Of a stretch of 49,696 bases of DNA, positions 25,300-34,692 are shown piece after piece. The notes under the pieces were generated by a model. It searched no databases. It had not been told where the DNA came from and saw nothing but the letters and a program-made list of their open reading frames with translations. This DNA comes from Polyangiales bacterium (GTDB lineage: Bacteria; Myxococcota_A; Polyangia; Polyangiales; Houyiibacteriaceae): NCBI GenBank assembly GCA_045106895.1, contig JBGCFM010000088.1, positions 1 to 49,696 on the forward strand, read 5' to 3'. How positions within the stretch are numbered: position 1 is the first letter of the stretch; the number at the start of each line of letters is the position of its first letter. The position numbers and the translations under genes are program-made.

Positions 25300-27000
25300 A
25301 TGTCCGATTTCCCCCAGCCCGGAGACTTCGTCGGCGGCCGATACAAGGTCGCGTCCCTTCTCGGCGAAGGCGGCATGGGCGCCGTATTTGCTGCGACCAA
25401 TGGCGCAACTGGCCGTCCCGTCGCGATCAAGTGGATGAAGCCTCAGATGGCCAAGTCCCCCGAGGCCCTGGCGCGTTTCCTTGCTGAGGCGCGCACGACG
25501 GCGCGCATTGAACACCCCAACGTCATTCAGATTCTAGACGTCGGCCAAGACGGGGACGCTCCCTTCCTCGTCATGGAACGTCTTCGCGGGGAGTCGCTCG
25601 GCGAACGCCTCGAACGCGACCACCGCATTCCGCCGGCGGAAGCCGTCGACATCATCATCGCCGCCTGCAACGGCGTGGCCGAGGCGCACAGCGAAGGCAT
25701 CATTCACCGCGACTTGAAGCCCGACAACATCTTCCTCTGCCAAAGCAAAGATGGAAAACCGCGCGCCCCCAAGGTCCTCGACTTCGGAATCTCAAAGCTC
25801 TTCGACGACGGCGGCGGGCAGCAACAGCAGCTCACGCAAACCGGCGCTATCATGGGCACGCCCTTATACATGTCGCCGGAGCAGCTCGACGGTCGGCGGG
25901 AACCAGACGCGGCCTTCGACGTTTACGCAATGGGCGTGGTCCTCTACGAGACATTGGCAGGAAAGACTCCGTACAACGCCGATACTTTCTTTGTTCTGGT
26001 CCAGCAGATCGTCGCCGGGAACCGCGTCCCACTGGGTCAAGCCGCGCCGTGGGTGCCAGCAGAGCTCTGCGCGGTGGTCGACCGCGCGATGAACCCAGAC
26101 CGCGAACAACGCATCGCGACGATGGGAGAGCTTCTGGCTGGGCTCCAGCACGTAAAGAACACCGTCACCCTCGTGGGCTCCTCCCCGGCCAGGCCCGTTC
26201 AGACGGGTCCCTTTCAGCCGCAGAGCGCCGGCCCTGTCACCGGACCCTTCGGCGCTCCGGCGGGCGCTCCGACGGGACCCATCACCGCTCCAACAGGCCC
26301 AGTGAGTGCGGCCCACGTGCCCCCGGCGCAGGCGCCCATCAGCCAACCGACCAGCCGCCCTCCTTGGGTTGTCATCTCAGTCCTCGGTGGGCTCATCGCG
26401 CTTTGCTTGCTCGTCGGCGTCGCCTACGTGTCCATGGACGACTCTCCTGGTGACGTCATCGCGACGGCTCCGGGCGTGCCCGGTGTTCCGCAGCAGCCTG
26501 GCGTCCCACAGCCGCCTGGCGTTCCGCAGCAACCGACCGCTCCCAGCGCGCCAGCCGCCAACGCCCCGCAGATCAACCTGGTTGCGACGGGCGCGTGCAC
26601 ACCACGTTTCGACATAGGCCGAAATATGGTCATCGGTTCTTCCGGCACCATCACGGTCAACTCGGTGGGCAATCAAATCAACGGCTCCCTGACCGTCAAG
26701 CTCCCCGGGCCGGGCGTTCATCAAATCAACACGAACCAGACCACTCAGGGAGTCATCGTTCAAGTCATGGCCGTCGACAGCCTGTGGATGGCGATGGCGA
26801 TGGCGATGAACGCTGGGGACGTCATGGGTGGCAACGCCCCCGACCCCATCTCGGGTACGATCCATGCGCGTCAGTTCGACGCCGCGACCTCGCAGATGGA
26901 CCTCACCTTCGAGAACGTCGTTCTGCAGCACGCGGAGAACGGCGGACTCTGTACGCTCAACGGCACCGTACGCACCGCGGGGCGCTACACGGGATTCTGA
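25300..27000 (+). CDS. Membrane Ser/Thr protein kinase with extracytoplasmic domain
   Basis: GEGGMG, VAIK, HRDLKPDN, DFG, GTPLYMSPE; Pro-rich linker, TM and PGVPQQ repeats. Confidence 0.93.
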   Translation: MSDFPQPGDFVGGRYKVASLLGEGGMGAVFAATNGATGRPVAIKWMKPQMAKSPEALARFLAEARTTARIEHPNVIQILDVGQDGDAPFLVMERLRGESLGERLERDHRIPPAEAVDIIIAACNGVAEAHSEGIIHRDLKPDNIFLCQSKDGKPRAPKVLDFGISKLFDDGGGQQQQLTQTGAIMGTPLYMSPEQLDGRREPDAAFDVYAMGVVLYETLAGKTPYNADTFFVLVQQIVAGNRVPLGQAAPWVPAELCAVVDRAMNPDREQRIATMGELLAGLQHVKNTVTLVGSSPARPVQTGPFQPQSAGPVTGPFGAPAGAPTGPITAPTGPVSAAHVPPAQAPISQPTSRPPWVVISVLGGLIALCLLVGVAYVSMDDSPGDVIATAPGVPGVPQQPGVPQPPGVPQQPTAPSAPAANAPQINLVATGACTPRFDIGRNMVIGSSGTITVNSVGNQINGSLTVKLPGPGVHQINTNQTTQGVIVQVMAVDSLWMAMAMAMNAGDVMGGNAPDPISGTIHARQFDAATSQMDLTFENVVLQHAENGGLCTLNGTVRTAGRYTGF

Positions 27001-27012
27001 CTGAGCCCGAAC

Positions 27013-27046
27013 AAAAAGAGACCAGGACCGAAGTCCTAGTCTCTTT
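27013..27046. terminator. Probable bidirectional terminator
   Basis: AAAGAGACCAGGAC-CGAA-GTCCTAGTCTCTTT flanked by A/T tracts, between convergent genes. Confidence 0.75.
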
Positions 27047-27070
27047 CATCCGAACCCAAAAGTGAGCGCG

Positions 27071-27775
27071 CTAGAAGGTCCCGCTCAGTGAGAGACCGTC
27101 GCCACGAATCTCAAGGTCCAACGTCGTCAACCCTTCGCGGCGAGCGCGGAGTCGCTGCTTGACGCCAAGAGCGAACACAAGGCCGCCCAGCGCGAGGCCG
27201 CCCAGACTAATGCCAACGGCGGCCCAGCGGCTACGACTGATGCGCTGCTGGTCCAGACACGGGCATGTCTCATTGAGCACCCTGCGGCGTGAGATCCACC
27301 ATGGAACGGCGGCGAGACCGACGCCCATCAACGCTGCGCCGAAGATCATGCCCGAACGCGACGCCGTCACGGCCTCGTCTTCCGTGGGCTGCATCACAGG
27401 CGCCGGGGGCGGCGGCGTGTACGCCTGCTGAGGTTGCTGCGCGACTGGAGCCGGAGCCGGAGCTTGAGCCGGAGCTGGCGCAGGGTCGGGAGCGACAAAC
27501 ACTGGGTCCGCCGCCACGTTGGCTTCGACGGATACTCCGGCCTGCTGCTGCTGAGCGGGCTGCTGATCGGGGTCTTGCGGAGGCTGCTGAGCAGGCTGTT
27601 GCTGAGCGGGGTCTTGTGGAGGCTGCTGAATCGCGCCGCGCTGCTGCAATGGCGCCGGCTGCTGCGCTTCCTGCGGAGCCTGCTCGGTTTGCGCGCTGGT
27701 CTTGGCAGAGATGCCCGTGAGAGCAGCGATGGCGAGGAGAGTGCCCAGAAGTGGGAGTCGCTTGATCATGGTCAT
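27071..27775 (-). CDS. Hypothetical membrane protein with Gln/Pro-rich N-terminal region
   Basis: Signal peptide, QQPPQDP repeats and two C-terminal hydrophobic helices; start 27775 or 27769. Confidence 0.7.
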   Translation of the reverse strand: MTMIKRLPLLGTLLAIAALTGISAKTSAQTEQAPQEAQQPAPLQQRGAIQQPPQDPAQQQPAQQPPQDPDQQPAQQQQAGVSVEANVAADPVFVAPDPAPAPAQAPAPAPVAQQPQQAYTPPPPAPVMQPTEDEAVTASRSGMIFGAALMGVGLAAVPWWISRRRVLNETCPCLDQQRISRSRWAAVGISLGGLALGGLVFALGVKQRLRARREGLTTLDLEIRGDGLSLSGTF

Positions 27776-27819
27776 AAGTCTTGTCCGGTACGAGGCGGAA
27801 GTGCGGTGGGATGCGGCAT

Positions 27820-28446
27820 TCATTCGGACACCGGCAGTGGTCGAATGAGATCTCGAAGATCAAGTTGATGGCTGAGGTCGACGTCGACTTCGTGACCGAG
27901 TTCGATGAGTTCAAGCTGCGAGTCGATATCACCCGCGCTGAGCCCTTCATCGATGAACAAGGCCTCCGCCGTGAACGTCTCAAGCTCGCCCGCAGGAATC
28001 CCGAGGAAGTCGATCTCTGGCGTACCGATGGTGAAGCTCCGAGCACCGGTCTCAATGACCGGATACGAAAGCGAGTTCCCGGTGGACTGGCAGTCCGGAG
28101 ACGCGCTTGCGGACCTGTAATTCGGGTCCGTGGCGAAAGCCATATTGCCATAGAGGGACGTGTCCTCCACAGCCCACAGTAGACCGATCTCCGAGACGCC
28201 TCGGCAGGAGCTACTGCCCGCAAGAAGGTCGACGATTCCGCCTCCGCGCATGACGACTCGACCTTGATAAAGTTGGTCGCCTTCGCGGATGCTCGAGTCG
28301 CTACGCGTAAAGGTAACGAGGTCGCCGTTGGATAGCCGCCAGGTGCCAGGAAGCGCGTCCAGTAGACTGATGTCGTCGGTACAAGCTCCAAGCGCAAGTG
28401 TTGCAAAAGCGGCGCAGAAGAGCCGCGTGAGTGTTGAGCAGAACAA
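27820..28446 (-). CDS. Hypothetical lipoprotein
   Basis: Lipobox ALGA-C, then ALPGTW; TTG start with GGAG upstream. Confidence 0.65.
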   Translation of the reverse strand: MFCSTLTRLFCAAFATLALGACTDDISLLDALPGTWRLSNGDLVTFTRSDSSIREGDQLYQGRVVMRGGGIVDLLAGSSSCRGVSEIGLLWAVEDTSLYGNMAFATDPNYRSASASPDCQSTGNSLSYPVIETGARSFTIGTPEIDFLGIPAGELETFTAEALFIDEGLSAGDIDSQLELIELGHEVDVDLSHQLDLRDLIRPLPVSE

Positions 28447-28618
28447 GTAGAATCTCCGTGTTGATGCAAATACGAAGATGTACTTTTCCCACGTGACTGT
28501 AACCCGTGTAAAGTGAAACCTGCCGTGGACGGACCTCGTTCCGGACCTCCCAAGCGGGCGAATGCTCGACGCGAAAGCTCCCTAGTGATTCGACGGCGTA
28601 TACGCCATCGAGGGATAC

Positions 28619-30064
28619 CTACGCGGCGAGGCAGACTCGGTTTCGTCCGGTCTTCTTTGCGTCGTAGAGGGCGGAGTCCGCCGCGACAAAGAGCGAGTCG
28701 GCGTCGATGCGGCCATCCGTGGTCGCAATACCGAAGCTCGCCGTGACGCTGAGGTCGCCATCCGGATGAGCGACGACGGCGGCCTCAAGCCTCTTGCGAA
28801 TACGCTCCGCAACCGCCCGGGCGCCGTGCTTGCCGGTGTGGGGGAGAACGACGACGAACTCCTCGCCTCCATAACGCGCGGGGAAGTCCCCAGTGCGCAC
28901 GCTGTCGCCAAGAACTTCACCGACCTTGCGAAGAACGTCGTCGCCCACGGCATGACCCCAAGTGTCGTTGAAGGACTTGAAGTGGTCGATGTCCATCACG
29001 ATCAGACTTAGCGGCTCTTGTTCGCGCACCGCCCGCGCGAGGTCACGATGAAGCGCCGTGGTGTAAGCGCGCTTGTTTGGAAGAGACGTAAGCTGGTCCG
29101 TGGTCGCTTGCATCGAAAGCAACTCATTCGCATCGCGGAGCTCCTGCTCAAGCGCCTCCTTGGCGTCGATGAGGGCCGTGAGCTGGCGAAGGACTCCTTC
29201 ATACTGCGCATTGAGTGCAGTCAGGGCGCGCGCAGCATCCTTGGCCAAAGCGTCAAGGTCCGGCTGCTCGGCGATCTCCTGTTGAAACGCTTCGGCAGAC
29301 AAAGCGACCTGCCCTGGGAGCGTCGCGTAAATCTCTGCGAGCTCATCCGCGGAGAGGCCGATAGCTTCCGCAGCTTCGTGTGCGAGCTTCTTCGCAGCCT
29401 CGACGTTGCCCCCTTCGAACACGCCGGCGATCCGCTCCGCGCACCATGCAATGGACGCCATGTCTCCTTCAGGGCAGGCGTCGTCATGGTGGTGGGCGAT
29501 CGCGTCGATGGTCGCTTGCGGCAGCGAGTAGTTCTTTGCGAGCTCAGCGCCCTGCACGGGATGACCAGGCTCCCCTGCGGCGCGCTCACGAATCAAACGG
29601 AAAGCCGCCGGAGACGATGCGATTTCACCGGCTAGGTTTAAGTCCTTCGAACCGGTGACGAGCAACCCCGTCTCGAGGAATAGACCCGTGGTAAAGAATG
29701 GGTCTACCTCGCGGTGTTTTCTGGCTTTTGCGATCGCCCGCGCGGCGAGCGCTCGTCGAAGCGAGTTGGCGAAGAGGACCTGACCAGCCTCTCCACTCGG
29801 AACCATCTCCGTGACGATGAGACTGAGCGCCAGGTTCTTGAGACCTCGCACGCCCAAAAGGGACGCGGCACGCCCAACGTCATCGACTGCGTTTGAAAGC
29901 GCAAAGGCTGGACTGTTCACGACGGAGAGCACGCGCAATGCGAACTGTGGATCCAGTGCCGCCAACTTGGCGAGTTCAGCGGCGGAGCAATCAGGTTGAA
30001 GTGCGGCTTGGACGATTCGCGCTGCGGCAGCACTCGCCACACGGACTGGAGGGGGTTGGGTCAC
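28619..30064 (-). CDS. HDOD-GGDEF diguanylate cyclase
   Basis: DPQFALRVLSVVNSP (HDOD), coiled coil, DIDHFK, RTGD I-site and GGEEF. Confidence 0.92.
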   Translation of the reverse strand: MTQPPPVRVASAAAARIVQAALQPDCSAAELAKLAALDPQFALRVLSVVNSPAFALSNAVDDVGRAASLLGVRGLKNLALSLIVTEMVPSGEAGQVLFANSLRRALAARAIAKARKHREVDPFFTTGLFLETGLLVTGSKDLNLAGEIASSPAAFRLIRERAAGEPGHPVQGAELAKNYSLPQATIDAIAHHHDDACPEGDMASIAWCAERIAGVFEGGNVEAAKKLAHEAAEAIGLSADELAEIYATLPGQVALSAEAFQQEIAEQPDLDALAKDAARALTALNAQYEGVLRQLTALIDAKEALEQELRDANELLSMQATTDQLTSLPNKRAYTTALHRDLARAVREQEPLSLIVMDIDHFKSFNDTWGHAVGDDVLRKVGEVLGDSVRTGDFPARYGGEEFVVVLPHTGKHGARAVAERIRKRLEAAVVAHPDGDLSVTASFGIATTDGRIDADSLFVAADSALYDAKKTGRNRVCLAA

Positions 30065-30124
30065 ATAGAAGCTGAACGGTCCGCCCGTTACCGACTTTAG
30101 GGTGCGCAGCGCTCCAAACGCACT

Positions 30125-30556
30125 CTATTGGGGGGAGTCGTACCCGCCCTCCGGTGAGAGCGGCGAAAACACGAACGGTCCTGTCGGACAAGGCCCAGCC
30201 ATCCACTCACCGCGGCATGAAAGCAGCGGTTCCGCCTCGATCTCTTGGATCGTCATATCGGTGATGTTCCGCTCGACGCGGACCCGGCCCGGCGCATCCG
30301 TCAGTCGATATTGGGCGCGCACAGCTCGCCTGCCATCGACCTGAATCGCCGTGGCATTCAAGAGTTCACACGGCCCCTCGTAGGGCTGGGGGTCACAATC
30401 TCCGCCACTCACCACGAGTGAACTTCCCGAGTCCTCGCTGCTCCCTCCTAGCGGGTCCATGCCGATGCGTTTTAGATAACCAAAGGTCATCGCGACGATC
30501 GCGCCGAGAGAAAAAACGAGGATGAACCGCTGACGATGGCGTCGAACCCACTTCAC
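30125..30556 (-). CDS. Hypothetical membrane-anchored protein
   Basis: N-terminal TM, 4 Cys; TAGCGT 6 nt before GTG. Confidence 0.6.
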   Translation of the reverse strand: MKWVRRHRQRFILVFSLGAIVAMTFGYLKRIGMDPLGGSSEDSGSSLVVSGGDCDPQPYEGPCELLNATAIQVDGRRAVRAQYRLTDAPGRVRVERNITDMTIQEIEAEPLLSCRGEWMAGPCPTGPFVFSPLSPEGGYDSPQ

Positions 30557-30646
30557 AAAGCAACGCTAGCAGCGTTGGGGAGGGCTGCGAGATAGCTTCC
30601 GGGATTTCTCCGGGCGCCTCCCGCGGAGCGTGCCATTCTCCGGCGC

Positions 30647-30994
30647 ATGGAACGATACGTCTTACCCCACGACCGCATTCACCCCGGCGCCCAAGAGAAG
30701 GTGGCACAAAACCGCCGCAGTACCGTGGAGGAGGCGATCGCCGCCGTCGACAAACACGAGTGGGTCATCTTGGGCATGGCTCAGAACCCTGTCGTCAAGA
30801 AGGCTCGCACTGCGCTCAGAGATGCCGGACACAAACATCACTACATTGCCTACGGCAGCTATCTCAAAGAGTGGCGCAAGCGTAACGCGTTCAAGATGTG
30901 GACAGGATGGCCGACCTTCCCGATGGTCTTCCACAAAGGCGTCTTGATCGGCGGCAGCGCGGAGCTTGAGAAATACTTGGCAAGCCAAGGCTGA
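30647..30994 (+). CDS. Glutaredoxin-like protein lacking cysteine
   Basis: WPTFPMVFHKGVLIGG glutaredoxin signature; GMAQNPVVKK at the active-site position. Confidence 0.8.
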   Translation: MERYVLPHDRIHPGAQEKVAQNRRSTVEEAIAAVDKHEWVILGMAQNPVVKKARTALRDAGHKHHYIAYGSYLKEWRKRNAFKMWTGWPTFPMVFHKGVLIGGSAELEKYLASQG

Positions 30995-31010
30995 GCGAGG
31001 ACCTGGTCGC

Positions 31011-31958
31011 TTACACCAGCAACGCGAGGTAGGCGGCGGCGGCGGCGGCCAAGGGGATCGAAAGGTTGTCGTCGATGCGAGAGCTGAAGAGCTCCGCGAC
31101 GCCACCTGCGACGGCAGCACAGCCAGCGACCAAGAGCGCGCGACCGAGGCTGAGGTCCCCGTGCAAAAGGGTGATGACCGCCAACGCAACGATGGCTCCA
31201 ACGGCCATGAACGCGAGCGTTCCCTGAAGACTTCGGCCGTTGACGAGTGGGATCGAACCAAACCTGCGCCCCACCAAAGCCGCGGCGGGGTCCGCAAAGG
31301 CCAGGATGACTACGGCGACGCCGGCGAGCAATGGCGCCTGCATCAAGGCGAGACCGAGCATCGCCGTGGCGTACCAAGTACCGGAGTTGATCGAGTGCTG
31401 CTCGTAGGGGTGCGCCACGGGCCCGAAGAGCCGCATGATGCGATCGTTCCAGGCCGGCGAAATACGGCGTGTACCTTCGAGCCCCCACACCACCGCGAAC
31501 GCGCAGCAGGCGGAGATGAGAAATACGTAGGAAGGCAACAGCTCGATAACGGCCAGCGTCCCAAGCCCGTTGAGGGCATGAAAGATGCTGCGCGTGTAGT
31601 TTGTTGGACGAAGACTTGGTACGCGTACGTCCTGGGCCTTGAGCGCGGTAACCAGCGCCTCGTAAGCGGGCGACACTCGTGCGCGAACTGCGACCCACTT
31701 GTCGACCTCGGCCGTCTGCGGGAGCTTCTCGCCCAGTTCGTCGCTGACGGCTTCCACGCTCTGCCGAACGCTCTCTTCTTCTTCGCTGCCATGGCGCTGA
31801 GCGAGAGGAGCGAATCGCGTGCGCAAGCTTGCGAGGCGCTTTCGCATTCCTTCGACCTGCTCTGCCCGCCAACGTGCGGGGTCCAGAGCCCTGAGGGCTT
31901 CGTGCAGTTCAAGCGCGAGTGGTTTCGCGGCGCTAGCGAGTGCCGTCATGGAGGTCAC
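31011..31958 (-). CDS. Diacylglycerol/polyprenol (phytol/dolichol) kinase family membrane protein with helical N-terminal extension
   Basis: RSIFH, FADPAAALVGRRFG, RSLQG and DDNLSIP motifs. Confidence 0.85.
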   Translation of the reverse strand: MTSMTALASAAKPLALELHEALRALDPARWRAEQVEGMRKRLASLRTRFAPLAQRHGSEEEESVRQSVEAVSDELGEKLPQTAEVDKWVAVRARVSPAYEALVTALKAQDVRVPSLRPTNYTRSIFHALNGLGTLAVIELLPSYVFLISACCAFAVVWGLEGTRRISPAWNDRIMRLFGPVAHPYEQHSINSGTWYATAMLGLALMQAPLLAGVAVVILAFADPAAALVGRRFGSIPLVNGRSLQGTLAFMAVGAIVALAVITLLHGDLSLGRALLVAGCAAVAGGVAELFSSRIDDNLSIPLAAAAAAYLALLV

Positions 31959-32088
31959 TTTAGGAACGGGCCCGAAAGGGGTCGAGGAACAACCCGCGTC
32001 GTGACGGTTCTTTTACGTTCGACGCGGTGCGGCAAACCTAGGCTTTTTAGCCATTTTCACGTGCTTCAAGCTTCTGTTAGCGTGGCGT

Positions 32089-33033
32089 GTGCCATCACTT
32101 TTCCCAGCCATCGATACCTTTGATTCCGGAATGCTCGACGTCGGCGAAGGCCACAGCATCTATTACGAGCAGTCTGGGAACCCCGACGGGAAACCGGCGG
32201 TGTTCGTCCATGGAGGACCAGGTGGCGGCACGGACCCAAGCTCGCGACGCTATTGGGACCCGGCTCATTATCGCATCGTGCTCTTTGACCAGCGCGGCTG
32301 CGGCAAGAGCACTCCCCATGCGAGCTTGCAGGCCAACACAACGCCGCACCTCATCGCCGACATGGAGAAGCTGCGCGCGCATCTCGCCATCGAACGCTGG
32401 CAGGTGTTTGGCGGCAGCTGGGGCTCCACACTTGCCCTCGCCTACGCCGAAGCACACCCGGCGCGCGTCAGCGAACTCATCCTCCGCGGCATCTTCCTGT
32501 GTCGCCCGGAGGAGATCCACTGGCTCTACCAAGAAGGCACCAGCCGCATTTTTCCCGATGCCTGGGAAGGCTTCCTCGCGCCGATTCCCGAAGCCGAACG
32601 TGGCGATCTCGTCGGCGCCTACCACAAACGCCTAACCAGCGACGACGAGTCCGTTCGGCATGAAGCGGCTCTCGCGTGGAGCATCTGGGAGGGCTCGACG
32701 AGCCGGCTCATCCCGGACCCCGAAATGGTCGCGCGCACCGCAGAGCCGGTGTTCGCGGCTGCCTTCGCACGAATCGAATGCCACTACTTCATCAACAAAG
32801 GCTTCATGGACAATGGCCAGCTCTTGCGCGACGTCGACAAGATTCGCCACATCCCAACCGTCATCGTCCAGGGTCGCTACGACGTGATCTGTCCGCCGAA
32901 GAGCGCTTGGGATCTGCACCGCGCTTTCCCCGAAGCGGAGCTCGTCCTAGTTCCCGACGCCGGCCACTCGGCGCGCGAGACCGGCATTCAAGCGGCGCTT
33001 CTTCAAGCCACCGAAGACTTCCGCGCCCCTTGA
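32089..33033 (+). CDS. pip: Proline iminopeptidase
   Basis: HGGPG, DQRGCG, GGSWG, GRYD and AGHS catalytic motifs. Confidence 0.96.
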   Translation: MPSLFPAIDTFDSGMLDVGEGHSIYYEQSGNPDGKPAVFVHGGPGGGTDPSSRRYWDPAHYRIVLFDQRGCGKSTPHASLQANTTPHLIADMEKLRAHLAIERWQVFGGSWGSTLALAYAEAHPARVSELILRGIFLCRPEEIHWLYQEGTSRIFPDAWEGFLAPIPEAERGDLVGAYHKRLTSDDESVRHEAALAWSIWEGSTSRLIPDPEMVARTAEPVFAAAFARIECHYFINKGFMDNGQLLRDVDKIRHIPTVIVQGRYDVICPPKSAWDLHRAFPEAELVLVPDAGHSARETGIQAALLQATEDFRAP

Positions 33034-33042
33034 GTCCGCCGC

Positions 33043-33759
33043 CTATGCGGCCTTTGCGGACGTCGTCTCGCCGAAGAGCTCGGCGTTCACCCTCGCCTCG
33101 TATCCCGTGAGGACGCTGCTCTCACGCACAAGCTTCGTCAGCGGGTTATCCAAGGGCGCGCGCGCAAGCAGATGCAGAATGCCGTAGACCGTCGCGTCGA
33201 TGGAGCTGATGCGCTCGCCGAAAAAGAATGGTCCGCCGCGCAGCTGACCTTCAAGCGCTCTGAGGTCTTCGACGCCGAACGCATAGATCTCGTCGCGATC
33301 GTGTCGACCGAGTCCTTGGCCGAAGAGGCTCTTGCGAATCTTCTTCTGCAACATGCCAAAGACGGCGCCGCGCATGAGCCGTGGAACGTCGGCGAAGATC
33401 TCCTCCCGAAACACATCGGCGTGGTCGACCCAGAGCGAGTACATCACGGCAAAATAGAGGTGCTCCTCCACCATGCGACGATAGGCGACTGCGACGCCGC
33501 GTGGAGCGATGGACAAGTGCCCGTCGAAGTCGGCTCCCTTTTCGTTCTCGAGGTACTGCTGAATGTGACGTGAATCTGGGATCAGATGCTCGCCATCCTC
33601 AAGGACAGGCAGCTTTCCTTTGGGCTGTTTGTCCGGCCGACCTGGAACACACTCGTAGTCAAAGCCGCCCATTCGAAGGAGGGCTTCCGCCTTGGCGGAG
33701 AAGAGCGCTCCGTTGAGAAGACCGAAGGAACCGGGAATCACTCTAAGCGTCATTGTCAT
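33043..33759 (-). CDS. Glutathione S-transferase family protein (metaxin-like)
   Basis: PKGKLP, IPDS, EEHLYF, GLGRH and SSIDATVYG. Confidence 0.88.
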   Translation of the reverse strand: MTMTLRVIPGSFGLLNGALFSAKAEALLRMGGFDYECVPGRPDKQPKGKLPVLEDGEHLIPDSRHIQQYLENEKGADFDGHLSIAPRGVAVAYRRMVEEHLYFAVMYSLWVDHADVFREEIFADVPRLMRGAVFGMLQKKIRKSLFGQGLGRHDRDEIYAFGVEDLRALEGQLRGGPFFFGERISSIDATVYGILHLLARAPLDNPLTKLVRESSVLTGYEARVNAELFGETTSAKAA

Positions 33760-33853
33760 CGTATTTTTCCTCGCGAGGACAGCCCGCTACCCACCGCGGG
33801 CCGCGTTACCGTCACTTTCCCTAAGGACGTGCGGGGCATGCGAGAATCGACAG

Positions 33854-34216
33854 CTACTTTCGATTTTTTTGCGCCTCGCCGAAAAACGACGAAGTGCGTA
33901 CCGAAGAACGCTCCAAAAGCCGCGCCCACTCATCCGACGTAGGTGTCAGCGCGCATTGGAGGATGTGCTCCACGCACTCGACGAGTTCAGAGATCTGGCG
34001 AGCGTCACCTACGTGCACACGCACTCGAAGCTGGGGCTCGACAAAAATCGTGATGTCCTCGGCCCACGCCGAACGATGACTCGTGATATCCCAGCGCAAG
34101 CGAATCTCCCGCGCGTTCGTCTCCGGGAGAACGACGAATCGGAACGCGAGCCACTTCCGAAGACCAGCCCACTGCTCATCCGTTAGATCCTCGTCACTGG
34201 CGAACTCAAGAGGCAC
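33854..34216 (-). CDS. Hypothetical protein
   Basis: 120-aa ORF with globular-looking composition filling the gap between GST and the next divergent gene. Confidence 0.5.
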   Translation of the reverse strand: MPLEFASDEDLTDEQWAGLRKWLAFRFVVLPETNAREIRLRWDITSHRSAWAEDITIFVEPQLRVRVHVGDARQISELVECVEHILQCALTPTSDEWARLLERSSVRTSSFFGEAQKNRK

Positions 34217-34295
34217 GCCTAATGAACTACCACACGCGTTCCATGAAACGAGCGCTCATGGTGGTGTCGGCGCGTGACGATGATAAGCTCGTACG

Positions 34296-34661
34296 GTGTC
34301 TAACCAATGGGTGCTCCCGGTTCTCCTCGCTGCCCTCGTCGGCTCCGCCGCGACAGCAATGGGCTTCATGCTGGGAAGCAAGGACGAAGGCGAAGCGACG
34401 CCCGTCGCCCTCCCCGAAGAGTGTGCTCCAGTCGCCTGCGAGCCCGTCGCCTGCGAGCCCGTTGCCTGCGTCGAGCCTGAACCTACGGCTCCGGCGCCCT
34501 CACGGATGCGACGTAGGCGGCATCGGCCAACGGATCAGGTGCTCAACCCCTGGGACGACGCGGACCGCCGTCCGCCCACAACAGAGCCGACGACGACGCC
34601 TGAGCCGACGCCGCCGACCATGGGCGAAACCAGCAACGTCCTTGACCCTTTTGCCCGGTGA
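34296..34661 (+). CDS. Small membrane-anchored Pro-rich protein with C(E/A)PVA repeats
   Basis: N-terminal TM; 15-bp repeats GTCGCCTGCGAGCCC at 34431-34470; paired VLNPW/VLDPF motifs. Confidence 0.65.
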   Translation: MSNQWVLPVLLAALVGSAATAMGFMLGSKDEGEATPVALPEECAPVACEPVACEPVACVEPEPTAPAPSRMRRRRHRPTDQVLNPWDDADRRPPTTEPTTTPEPTPPTMGETSNVLDPFAR

Positions 34662-34692
34662 ACCGTCTCCGGACCGCTTCTGAGTGAGAAGT

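Noticed and set aside
26788..26808. (ATGGCG)3-ATG encoding MAMAMAM in the kinase ectodomain
   Set aside because: Short in-frame repeat that cannot cause phase variation; no evidence for function.
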